A model generated the notes under the pieces. The model saw only the letters and a list, made by a program, of their open reading frames with translations, searched no databases and was not told where the DNA came from. Positions 23,634 through 33,716 of a stretch of DNA of 248,000 nt are shown one piece after another; the first letter of the stretch is position 1; each line of letters opens with the position of its first letter. The stretch is from Andalucia godoyi And28. Lineage: Eukaryota; Protista; Jakobida. The translations under genes and the position numbers were made by a program. The DNA lies in contig VRVR01000013.1 in NCBI GenBank assembly GCA_009859145.1, forward strand, positions 144,001 to 392,000, in the 5' to 3' direction.

Positions 23634-24530
23634 ATGCCAAACGTATCGTCATCTGTGTTCGATAATGCGATTGCTGGTTCATTGGCGGGAGCAACGACTG
23701 CGGTGATCACGTGTCCTTTGGATGTGGTGAAAGCGCGAATGCAGGTCCAGATTCTTCAAAAGGGAATTTCTCCCAAGTACTCGGGAATCATTCGATCTGC
23801 GACGTTGATTGCACGAGAAGAAGGATTCCGGGGTCTGTACAAGGGTCTTTCGCCAACATTGATGGCACTTTCCCCCTCGTGGGCAGTGTATTTCACGACC
23901 TACGAATGGACAAAAAGACGTTTGCGAGAAGAATATAGATATTTGGATCAACACCAAAAAGTTGTGCATCTTCTTGCCTCTGTGTTTGCAGGATCCGTGA
24001 ATGCGATTGCGCTATCGCCAATATGGGTCGTTCGTACACGTCTGCAGCTGCAGACATCCAACAAGTACAAGTCGGTTCACGACTGCATCAGGAAGATATA
24101 TCGACATGAGGGATTGCGGTCGTTCTATGCTGGTCTGGCTCCATCGTTCTTCGGACTGATTCATGTGGGTGTCCAGTTCCCAGTATACGAATATTTCAAG
24201 GAGGAACTGCGCCGGAGAAGGAGAAGAGGCATCCATGATCCATTGCATCACGATTCAAAGCTCCCAATTCACGAAATAATCGGTGCGTCGGCGTTGTCAA
24301 AAATGATCGCGTCGATGGTGGCGTATCCACACGAGGTACTCAGAACGCGGATGCAGCATGCCGGTGCAAACTCAAAATCCATCGGATGCCTGGTTTCAAA
24401 AATGTTCAGGGAGGAGGGCCTAAAATCGTTCTATCGCGGAATGTCGGTGAATCTTGTGCGTGTCGTTCCTGCTGCTGCGATCACGTTTACCACGTTTGAG
24501 CTCGTAATGTCGATCTTGAATCCGGAATAG
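23634..24530 (+). CDS. Mitochondrial carrier (folate/NAD+ type)
   Basis: Three PxDxxK/R repeats (PLDVVKAR, PIWVVRTR, PHEVLRTR). Confidence 0.9.
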   Translation: MPNVSSSVFDNAIAGSLAGATTAVITCPLDVVKARMQVQILQKGISPKYSGIIRSATLIAREEGFRGLYKGLSPTLMALSPSWAVYFTTYEWTKRRLREEYRYLDQHQKVVHLLASVFAGSVNAIALSPIWVVRTRLQLQTSNKYKSVHDCIRKIYRHEGLRSFYAGLAPSFFGLIHVGVQFPVYEYFKEELRRRRRRGIHDPLHHDSKLPIHEIIGASALSKMIASMVAYPHEVLRTRMQHAGANSKSIGCLVSKMFREEGLKSFYRGMSVNLVRVVPAAAITFTTFELVMSILNPE

Positions 24531-24664
24531 CTCAGACTTAACAGGGGTTCCCGTTCTTGCTTTGTTGTGGTGATGGTCGTCGGTCCTGATTTGTTTTGTT
24601 TTGTACATAAGTTTCTGGAATTTGATCGCCGAGACAGCCGGGTTCAGTTGCGCAAACCGCAGTC

Positions 24665-27595
24665 TCACTCTTGCGAAGGATTCTCGGTGAGTGCATCCAC
24701 GATGCTGGAGCCCTCCATAAAAGTTGCTCTTGGTCTTGGCTTCGCGGATTCTTCGAGGATGCGTTGGAGATGCACAATGTCGTTGCTGTGTTTTGCCCTT
24801 TGGATTTCCTCTAAACACGACCGTATCTCAGCGGCTGACCACCGGCTGAAGTCGACGTTCCCCGTTTCATGGACATGCTTCCGCTCTTCCGCCTCGCGTT
24901 TGAACGTTTCAATCATTGTCATCGTGTGCATTTGATCTTTGTCTCCTTTCTGTTTCAGATCCCGTCGGAATTCTTTGGCTACTTCGACAATGGCGGGCGG
25001 GTATCCACAGTGCTGGGCAAGTTGGATGCCGTAGTCTTCTGCACATTCCCCAGTATCTGAGACCCTGTATGAGTGCTGCAGTCGGGAGACGCTACCCTCG
25101 GCAATAGACTCCGTGTGGAGATGCAAGAGCTTGCATTCCGAATACACAGCTGCCAACTGTCTGATTTTTGCATAGTGCGTGACAAAAAGCGTAAAGGCAT
25201 TCATGGACATTAAATGCTCGCACACTGACCATGCTATACTTTCTCCATCTGCGTGGCTTGTGCCGCGGCCCAGTTCATCCATGATTACCAAGCTGTGAGA
25301 GGTGGCGGCATGCATAATGTTTGCAACTTCGCGCATTTCGACCATAAAGGTGGACGCATTTGAAAGGATATCGTCGTCTGCGCCAGCCCGCACGAAAATC
25401 CGGTCGAAAACCCGCATGGACGCAACCGCTGCGGGTACAAACGATCCAATGTGCGCCATGATCACGAGAAGTGCTGTTTGCTTAACATACACCGATTTTC
25501 CGGCCATGTTTGCCCCCACAACGAGCTGCAGCGGCTGCTGAAATGTCATAAGCGTGTCGTTGGGGACAGTTCCGGAAGCCAACTTGTCCAGAATGGGATG
25601 CCGCCCTCTCACCAGCCCCAGAGGGGCCTCGATCTCATCGACCATCTCTGGGCAACTGTACATGTCTGACACTTTGGCAACTTCGGCAAAGGACGCAATC
25701 ATGTCCAGCAATGCGAGACCGTCTCCCAGTTCGAAGAGTTTTGGGATTTTGGATCGAACGTCGCTCGCGGTTTCTTCGAGCACGCTGCACGTGATGATGA
25801 TGATTTCCGACAAGATTTCTCGAAGTCGCTCATTCAGAGACATCACTTCCTCCGTTGTGCACTCCATCCGATTACTGTGGATGACCTGTTGCAAGAAAAC
25901 ATTTCGCGACAGTCCTGGAATGGAAGACCTGTTTGGTAATGTGGACATACTGATCCGTGAAGAAGAAGACGAAGCTGCATAGGACGATGAAACTGTGTCA
26001 TCGTCGGTGTCGACATCATCCCCCCGGGGGCTTCCCAGCGTTGACGACGAAGCAGCAGCAGACAACGAAGCAGAAGAAAAACTCGCATCTCGAGGTCGCT
26101 TCTCTCGTTGATTTCCGGCCGACTTTCCTCGAGAAGAAAAACTGAGCTGGAGAAAGTATCCGCGCTGAGTTGAAAAGGACAGTTTCAGACTCGGGATGTT
26201 GTACTCCACCCGATACTTGTCCCCCAAAGACAGGATTTCTTCTGTGATATCACTGTACTGTTGCCGGGCAATATCGAGCAAAGGATTGATGCCCTGCTTG
26301 ACAGCAAAGATCTGTGAGACCTGTGTCGCCAGCGAGCCTTTTCCAAACGACTGCTTTCCTCCAACTAAAGAGACGTCCTCCTCCAGAATCGTGTCAAGGT
26401 TGGCTCGAAGTGTTGCTAGCGTGTCATCGTTGCACATCTCTCCAATACTTCGCAGCAGCGGCGAGTCCGAACAGCAGGAGAGTTCGTCTGCAATGTCTGG
26501 TAGCGTGCGCAGCCCTTTGTGTACCTGCATGATGGCGGAAATAATATTTTGCAAATGGGATCTAAAAGGATTGAGATTCGACGAGACCATCGCGTCGCTA
26601 TGTTGCCACCTTTTTGGGGCAGATGCCGCTGACGCTGCCAACTGGCCACACAGGAATCCGAAATCTGGGATGCTTCGCAGTGCTTCCTGGACCCGAAGGT
26701 GCACATCATCCCGATTGACGAGCTCCGCAACTGCTTTCAAACGGCCACGAATTGCCCCCGTTTCGCGAAGCGGCTGCAGTATCGTTGTTCTAATCAAACG
26801 AGCGCCCATGGGAGTCTTTGATCGATTGAGAACTGCGAACAGTGTGTTTCTGTCCGATCCATCCGACATATTCTGCACGAGCTCCAGCGAGCGGGAAGTC
26901 GGAGCGTCTATCACCATGAACGAATCCAGACTCCTGAATGAAAATCGGATTGTCTTCGGAAGCAGCACAACATTTCGGCATGTTTCGGCATATCGCAAAA
27001 CAGCACAAGCAGCAGACAATGCAAGAAATCGATTTTCCAAGTCGACATCCACCACATTTCTGTCCTCGGCAAGCACTCGATCCCTCAAGATTGCGTATCC
27101 AACAGAGGAATCAAACATTTTGCGAGGCATGGATTTGATTTGCGACTTTGGATAAGCCTCCTGGACAGAGTTCCATATCTTTGACGATGCATCTCCTTGG
27201 ACCGAAGAAGGCAGTACGATCTCCGATGGATCGGCTACATTCAGGACTGTCACGGCGTTCCATCGCGTCGGAGAATCCAAAAACTGATAGACTGTCAGCG
27301 TTAGAGAGTGGACTTCAAAGGAAGCAAGACCCACCTCATTTGACTTGGATTCCAGAGCCGAGCAAATGACAAGCGGTTTGCTTTTGGATGTTGCGTCCGA
27401 AAAGGAGACTGCAGAGGTCGCGGTACGAATGGACCCCGGAGTCGTCCTTGCTTTCGCAGACTGGCCCACGGTGGCCGGTGTTCTACTGGGATTGTGGTAC
27501 GACCTGCGAATCTGCAGTGCTTCGGCAGGCTTTGGTCTCGGTGTAACGAAGTCGGAGTTCATGTTGGCGGCGGCAAAGCAGTTTCCCAAAAACAA
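24665..27595 (-). CDS. MSH4: Meiotic MutS homolog 4
   Basis: GANMAGKS, STFMVEM, DELGRGTS; lacks mismatch-binding domain I. Confidence 0.85.
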   Translation of the reverse strand: MFLGNCFAAANMNSDFVTPRPKPAEALQIRRSYHNPSRTPATVGQSAKARTTPGSIRTATSAVSFSDATSKSKPLVICSALESKSNEVGLASFEVHSLTLTVYQFLDSPTRWNAVTVLNVADPSEIVLPSSVQGDASSKIWNSVQEAYPKSQIKSMPRKMFDSSVGYAILRDRVLAEDRNVVDVDLENRFLALSAACAVLRYAETCRNVVLLPKTIRFSFRSLDSFMVIDAPTSRSLELVQNMSDGSDRNTLFAVLNRSKTPMGARLIRTTILQPLRETGAIRGRLKAVAELVNRDDVHLRVQEALRSIPDFGFLCGQLAASAASAPKRWQHSDAMVSSNLNPFRSHLQNIISAIMQVHKGLRTLPDIADELSCCSDSPLLRSIGEMCNDDTLATLRANLDTILEEDVSLVGGKQSFGKGSLATQVSQIFAVKQGINPLLDIARQQYSDITEEILSLGDKYRVEYNIPSLKLSFSTQRGYFLQLSFSSRGKSAGNQREKRPRDASFSSASLSAAASSSTLGSPRGDDVDTDDDTVSSSYAASSSSSRISMSTLPNRSSIPGLSRNVFLQQVIHSNRMECTTEEVMSLNERLREILSEIIIITCSVLEETASDVRSKIPKLFELGDGLALLDMIASFAEVAKVSDMYSCPEMVDEIEAPLGLVRGRHPILDKLASGTVPNDTLMTFQQPLQLVVGANMAGKSVYVKQTALLVIMAHIGSFVPAAVASMRVFDRIFVRAGADDDILSNASTFMVEMREVANIMHAATSHSLVIMDELGRGTSHADGESIAWSVCEHLMSMNAFTLFVTHYAKIRQLAAVYSECKLLHLHTESIAEGSVSRLQHSYRVSDTGECAEDYGIQLAQHCGYPPAIVEVAKEFRRDLKQKGDKDQMHTMTMIETFKREAEERKHVHETGNVDFSRWSAAEIRSCLEEIQRAKHSNDIVHLQRILEESAKPRPRATFMEGSSIVDALTENPSQE

Positions 27596-28027
27596 GCTCA
27601 GAACAGCACGTACGTGAGAAGGAAAATGAAGATTGTGTGTATAAGAGAGGAAGGGAGAGACAGAAAGAGAGAGAGAGAGACAGAGGAAAACAAGTCTGTT
27701 TTATTGTTTTGATTTCTGTTGTTGCAAATTATTTTTTTTTAATTTGTGCGCGGAGACACGACTTTCCGCAAAATCATGACAGATGAGTCTGGATGAGTCG
27801 AGAGTCAGTTGATGACGTCCACGTCACAGCACTGACAAATTTCTCAAAATGCCACGTGTCAGAGCATGACACGCAGGGGATGCATGATGCACAAACCCCT
27901 CTGATTGCTTCTGTCCCAACTCTTTCTCTTTCTTCTGCTTCTCTTCTCTCCCTCGTTGTCGTACTTCTTTTCGCCTTTCTTGCTTATTATATCCAACAGC
28001 TATTTGAGGTAACGGTTCGCCATTAGA

Positions 28028-29272
28028 ATGTCGAAGCTTACTTGTCTGTTTGTGGTGCTTGGCCTCGTAGCCGCAGCACACGCAAACTCCTACTTTACAG
28101 AGAATTTCGACGACAGCTGGACTTCTCGCTGGACGTACTCCAAGCACAAGGAGGCAGAGGGCACAGCTGGAAAGTTCAAGCACACTGCTGGAAAGTGGTT
28201 TGGCGGTAAGGAGTCTGATGCAAAGGGCATCCAGACTTCGCAGGATGCTCGTTTCTACCAGATTTCTGCACCCTTCACCAACAACGGTGTGTATTCCAAT
28301 GAAGGAAAGGACTTTGTTCTCCAGTTCACTGTCAAGCACGAGCAGAGCTTGGACTGTGGTGGTGGATACATCAAGGTTTTGCCCAAGGGTCTTGACCAGA
28401 CCAAGTTCAACGGTGATTCGGACTACAACATCATGTTCGGACCGGACATCTGCGGATCGACCACTCGCCGTATCCACCTGATCTTCAACTACAAGGGAAC
28501 CAATCTTTTGTGGAAGAAGGATGTTCGCTGCGAGACGGACCAGCTTTCACATGTCTACACATTGATTGTCCATCCAGATAACACTTATAAGGTTCTCGTT
28601 GACAACCAGGAGCGTGCTGCCGGTTCGTTGTATGAAGACTGGGACTTTTTGCCCGCCAAGCAGATCGATGACCTTTCCGTCAGCAAGCCCGAAGATTGGG
28701 ACGAGCGTGAGGAAATTGCAGATCCCGCGGACCACAAGCCTGAGGGCTGGGACAACACTCCTGCAACCATTGAGGATCCGAACGCATCCAAGCCTGCAGA
28801 CTGGGATGATGAGGAAGATGGTGAATGGAAGGCACCCCGTATCCCGAACCCCGAGTACAAGGGGGAGTGGAAGGCCCGCATGATCAAGAACCCCGCATAC
28901 AAGGGCAAGTGGTCTCCACCCAAGATCGACAACCCCGAGTTCAAGGATGACCCCACGATCTATGTTCAGAAGGATATGGCCTTTGTTGGATTTGAAATCT
29001 GGCAAGTGAAGGCTGGAACCATCTTTGATGCCATCTACGTCGGGGACTCTGTTGAGGAGGCCAAGGCGCTAGCGGAGAAGTCCATCGAGACCTTCAAGGA
29101 GGAGAAGAACGTCTTTGACAAGGTTGAGGAGCAGCGCCGTGCAAAGGAGGAGGAGGAGCGGAAAAAGCTCGAGGAAGAGCGCAAGAAGCGGGAAGAGGAG
29201 GATAAGAAGAAGAAGGAAGCCGAGAAGGCTGACGATGACGAGGAGGAGGAGGAATTCAAGGACGAACTCTAA
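28028..29272 (+). CDS. CRT: Calreticulin
   Basis: DCGGGYIK, IMFGPDICG, P-domain KPEDWD repeats, KDEL. Confidence 0.97.
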   Translation: MSKLTCLFVVLGLVAAAHANSYFTENFDDSWTSRWTYSKHKEAEGTAGKFKHTAGKWFGGKESDAKGIQTSQDARFYQISAPFTNNGVYSNEGKDFVLQFTVKHEQSLDCGGGYIKVLPKGLDQTKFNGDSDYNIMFGPDICGSTTRRIHLIFNYKGTNLLWKKDVRCETDQLSHVYTLIVHPDNTYKVLVDNQERAAGSLYEDWDFLPAKQIDDLSVSKPEDWDEREEIADPADHKPEGWDNTPATIEDPNASKPADWDDEEDGEWKAPRIPNPEYKGEWKARMIKNPAYKGKWSPPKIDNPEFKDDPTIYVQKDMAFVGFEIWQVKAGTIFDAIYVGDSVEEAKALAEKSIETFKEEKNVFDKVEEQRRAKEEEERKKLEEERKKREEEDKKKKEAEKADDDEEEEEFKDEL

Positions 29273-29856
29273 ATGTACGCTTCCGTCGTGTGCTGTTTCC
29301 TTTTAAACTGGATGAAAAAGAGAAAGGAAAAACGTTTTCTTTTTATCGTCCCATCCACCACTCTTGTCAGTTTTTGAGTATACATTCTCATATAGCTCGC
29401 ATCGTGCAATTTTTTTTTCCTTTCAAAACAACAAGCAACCCACAAAAAAAACAACTTGGAAAACTAGAAAGCTCTCCTTTTCTTTCTTTCTTCGTGATTT
29501 TTTCGTTCTTCCTTCAGACATTGCCGATGCCGACACACCGCAGACGACATCTTCTTGTCGGGAGTGCGGTCGGAATCTTCATTTTCGTATTCCAACATCG
29601 CTTCGTTCTTCAAGGATGGGACGTAATCGCATTTTTTTTCTTTTTCGTCGCTTCGCTACCGCCAGGTCCCCGACACTGCCGGACTGTTTTCAGAATGTCC
29701 CGAACACCCGCAATACCAAAAGCAAAAGCAAAAGCAAAAACAAGGAGCAAGAGCAAAAACAAAAACAAAAGAAAGAAAGACGAAGAGTGCTCGTTTACTC
29801 TGGTGTTGCTGCTGAAGAAAGCTGAAGAAGAGGGGAGGAAAAGAAAAGAAACGGAA

Positions 29857-30462
29857 ATGAGGATAATGAAAGCAAGATGCGTGTTATGTGTAGTTTTGGT
29901 TGTAGCACTGCTTCTCGATGTATCCGGAATCGCGAATGCTCAAGACGGGGTTTTTGGAATTGATGTTTCCAAAGTTGAAAATCTGCAGCCCTTCGAGGCG
30001 TTTGTTCGGATGGAGCCTCACAAAGACATTGAGGAGTCTGTTGTTCGTGGGGATGGCTACTGTGCCGTGTCCTTTCGGTCGTCTTCGGGAAATGTAGAGA
30101 ATTGGAGACTGCTGCTCACGAAGCGCGTGTTGCCCAGCGGAAAAGAAGGCTACTTGTGCGCGTTTTCACCACTGCTTGGCGGGGTGCCGGCGATTCGGTT
30201 TCTTGGATTTTCAATGGATGCGTATTCGATCGCGGAAGACCAGCGAGTACGAATTGATGATGTTGAATTTTGGTCCAGCACGGAGCTGTTGCACGAGGGA
30301 AAAGAGTACCATGTCGATCGATCGATTGGCGAGGTCTCGTCTCTCCCTGGCTGGTCCGGGAATTTAGCCAGAGTCCACATGTGGTTCCATTTAGAAACCC
30401 GGCCGAGAAGTGTTGCACGGGATTCTCCAGCAAGCCTCGAAACGAACTCGGGCATTGCGTAA
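29857..30462 (+). CDS. Secreted protein, MYDGF/UPF0556-like
   Basis: Signal peptide after likely start MRIMKARC; CxxxFxS..ENW..C pattern. Confidence 0.4.
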   Translation: MRIMKARCVLCVVLVVALLLDVSGIANAQDGVFGIDVSKVENLQPFEAFVRMEPHKDIEESVVRGDGYCAVSFRSSSGNVENWRLLLTKRVLPSGKEGYLCAFSPLLGGVPAIRFLGFSMDAYSIAEDQRVRIDDVEFWSSTELLHEGKEYHVDRSIGEVSSLPGWSGNLARVHMWFHLETRPRSVARDSPASLETNSGIA

Positions 30463-30875
30463 TACGACGATACGACACTTGTCTCCTCGTTTCTGCCATT
30501 ACTCAGCCCTTTTTTCTCTTTCTCTTTTCCGTTTTTCTCCCTTGATTTGTCGCTGTCTGAAATGTAAAGCATAGGAACATCATGTACTGCTGTTTTTCAG
30601 TAAGCGACAAATTTACTTTGTTCAGAAGGAGACAGTATGATAAATACGGCAATCAGAAAAACAGACACATCATAACAGAAGAAAGAAAGGGGGGGGGGGG
30701 GGGGGGGGGAACAGTGAGAACCAACAACGACACGCGTACAAATGAGAAGATGATGCAGGATGCCGTTCATGACAAACTCCAACCCCTCCAACCCCCCACC
30801 ACCACCCCACAGCAGAGAAAAGAGACATGTTGGGTTTTTTATCCCTCATCCCATGCTGCGCTTTGGCTGAAGACA

Positions 30876-31790
30876 TCAACAATCGACGCATTCCACACTT
30901 AGCAGTCCCTGAGTCTTGTACGGGTATGGCATCTTTCCGAACGTGTTGTTGTGGACCTGCACGCCGACCTTTGTTGTGAGGATCTGCCAGATGTCATAGA
31001 TGTCCTGTGGGTGTGCATGGAGGCATCCATGGCTGTCTGGCATTGGCTTCGAGGGATCCCAATCTTGCCACTCTCCTGTATGCAGCAGAATTCCGTTTCG
31101 CACGTTGGGGACGGTGAACCGGGCATTTCCGTCAATGCCCGCAACGGCGCGATTCACAGGATAAGGGCCATATTCCTGTGGATCAGACTCTGGAGAATTC
31201 AGATCAAGCGACATCAGCCCAGAAGGCGTGTTACCATTCGATGCAAACTGCGTCAAGTTTGCCTGGCCCTTTGCCCGAACCGTGAATGTGTGCAGCACTG
31301 CCATGTTTCGGTCGTACAGCGTCGCTTGGACTTCGACACTTCTGTCTTTGCGGACGGGAACATGAACCTTGTACAGAATTCCATCGGGTAGCGTACCTTT
31401 CAGATCGTCATGATACCCATCGTATTCGTACATTTTGTAAAGCAGATTTTGCGTGTACACATCTGCGATGCCAGTCACTGGGAGTCCTTGGGCACTCTGG
31501 AACTGGCGAATGGCAGCTGTCGTCAGACCATCAAACTTTCCGGAAACAGAAAGGCCAACGGGCGCATTTGGCATCCTGCTTAGAAACACCTGTAACACAT
31601 ACACCGCATCTCCAGAACCACCCAGCGCCAAATCACTCGAGAACGGAGGAATGTATTCAGGCTTGTCTGCAGCAACCACCAACAACAGCCCCAAGCCACA
31701 GATAACACCCGTGAAAAATACTGCTCGCAGCAACATGTTTTGCGTGTTTTCTTTCTTTGTCCCTCGGTTGTTAGATTTTGAAAAACACAA
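30876..31790 (-). CDS. Secreted peptidoglycan-binding domain plus L,D-transpeptidase-like (YkuD) protein
   Basis: GDAVYVLQ..GKFDGLTTAAIRQFQ..GLPVTGIAD; ILLHTG..SHGCLH. Confidence 0.7.
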   Translation of the reverse strand: MCFSKSNNRGTKKENTQNMLLRAVFFTGVICGLGLLLVVAADKPEYIPPFSSDLALGGSGDAVYVLQVFLSRMPNAPVGLSVSGKFDGLTTAAIRQFQSAQGLPVTGIADVYTQNLLYKMYEYDGYHDDLKGTLPDGILYKVHVPVRKDRSVEVQATLYDRNMAVLHTFTVRAKGQANLTQFASNGNTPSGLMSLDLNSPESDPQEYGPYPVNRAVAGIDGNARFTVPNVRNGILLHTGEWQDWDPSKPMPDSHGCLHAHPQDIYDIWQILTTKVGVQVHNNTFGKMPYPYKTQGLLSVECVDC

Positions 31791-32050
31791 GCTAATGCGA
31801 ACATCAAAAAGGACGCGTGAAGGAGGTTATGAACCATGAAAAAAACCAGCATCCATACCAAAAAGGAATCGGCCCAGTCGGGCAATTTGATTTTTTGCGG
31901 ATAGTTTTATCCACTCGGTTGTTTACGACGGGTGCAACGAGGCCTTCGTTTGAACGGACTTTGTCTAAGCTGAATTACACAGGTCGAGCCCGTAGCGATG
32001 TGTAGAGACGAGCGAGCAGTATGCAGTTTTCGGAGGGAAGAGTGGCGAAG

Positions 32051-32887
32051 CTAATCTCTGAATCGGTATAAAAAGTCATTTGTGACGGAATGAAAGACGT
32101 CGGGCTGTTCGTTGTGGATCCAATGGCCGGCGTCGATGTCTTTGAACTCTGCCTTTGGGAAGAAGGCTTTGACATCTGCGAAAAACTTTGGATCCAAAAG
32201 CCTGCTTCGTGTGCCTCTCACAAACAACGCGTCCTTATCAAAAGAATGAAGCGATGGATCATATGGGAAGCCAGCAATGTCGTCCAGATGTCGATATATT
32301 GCATCGAGGTTCATTCTCCATCGGGGAGGATCGGTCAGGAAATTCGTCATGATGAAAGACCGCACATCTTTTTCCGGAATCGACGGTTTCAGCTGCTCTT
32401 CCACCTCGAGTCTGCTATGACTTGGGCTGTGACTGAGACTGTAAATGGAACTAGGCCCGCCTGTAAGGTTGATGCGGCGCAGCGCATCGATAATGACTGG
32501 AATGTCCCAGTTTGCCAGAGAATACCTGACAGGCGCAATATCACCGACTACAATTCCTGCAAACCGATGTGGATCAGACACTGCGGCACTCATCAGCTGC
32601 TTGCCCCCCATGCTGAAGCCAATCGCCACGCACCGCTTGATCTTGTGGAAATCAAGATACCGAAACAGATCGTCTGCCATATCTGGATACGTCATTTCAG
32701 GAACATGCGGATTCGATCCGTGGTTTCTTGCATCAAGCATGTGCACTTCATATCCTTCCTTTTCGTAAAAACGCGCCGTCAAATTCATGTTGCGGTGATT
32801 ACCAAGCAGTCCGTGGAGGAGGATCAGCGGAAGAGAGCTCACCACCCTGTTTCCAATTATCTTGGAGTACACGATAGGATGCACCAT
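32051..32887 (-). CDS. ABHD11-like alpha/beta hydrolase
   Basis: LHGLLG, DARNHG, GFSMGG, AGHWIH. Confidence 0.85.
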   Translation of the reverse strand: MVHPIVYSKIIGNRVVSSLPLILLHGLLGNHRNMNLTARFYEKEGYEVHMLDARNHGSNPHVPEMTYPDMADDLFRYLDFHKIKRCVAIGFSMGGKQLMSAAVSDPHRFAGIVVGDIAPVRYSLANWDIPVIIDALRRINLTGGPSSIYSLSHSPSHSRLEVEEQLKPSIPEKDVRSFIMTNFLTDPPRWRMNLDAIYRHLDDIAGFPYDPSLHSFDKDALFVRGTRSRLLDPKFFADVKAFFPKAEFKDIDAGHWIHNEQPDVFHSVTNDFLYRFRD

Positions 32888-33716
32888 TCTTCAGGAGGGG
32901 GGAGAGGGCTTGAGCAACGCAATTACCACACTAATTGTTGCGGTTCCTCTTGACTACTACTATCTGCTTTTTTGAATCGTTGGCCCGTCTACAAATAGCA
33001 AGGATGCGAATTAGGATGGACTTCGCTGGTCGAAATGGATGACGGAACCACGAAGCATTTTGTGGAATTTTCTCAATGGGTTTTCTCCAAGCTTGAGGTC
33101 CCTCTTTTTATATATATATATATTTTTTCGGGTGTTTCAGGAAATGCAAAGAAGGGAAATGTTGCCAAATGTCGACCGACAGCCTGACTCTTTTTTTTTT
33201 GAAACGTTCCCTTCCTTTCAACAATTGGGCGCCTCTTTGCTATTTTGCCTCTTTTCCTTCTTCTTTTCGTCTTTCTCTCTGCTGTTCATTTGCCTCGCAC
33301 TATATTTCCTTATCCTTTCACTCATAAACTCACTTCCTCTTCTTTTCGTATTTCGTGTTTCGCACAATGCGTTCCAGTACTGTCTGGCAGGAGAAGCTTG
33401 TATGCATCTTCTTCTTCTTCTTCTTCTTCTCTCTTTTTATTATTTTTTTAATTTGGAGGGAAAATATGATCTGTTTTTCATTCCAAAATGCCGTAAGTAT
33501 TCAGCTGACTAATGACTTATTCTTATTATTTTTTTTGTGCGGCAACGGTCTGCAATTACGTGTGTCTGTGTGTCTGTGTGTGTGTGTGTGTGTGTGTAGC
33601 CTGATTCAAAAGAAGATGGAAAGGCGCCTGCAGTCTATTCTGTTGCGTATCGACCTGGTATGTTCATTGGATCCATAGTTTATTTCCTGGTGTTTTTTTT
33701 CAATTAAGAAAGTAAC

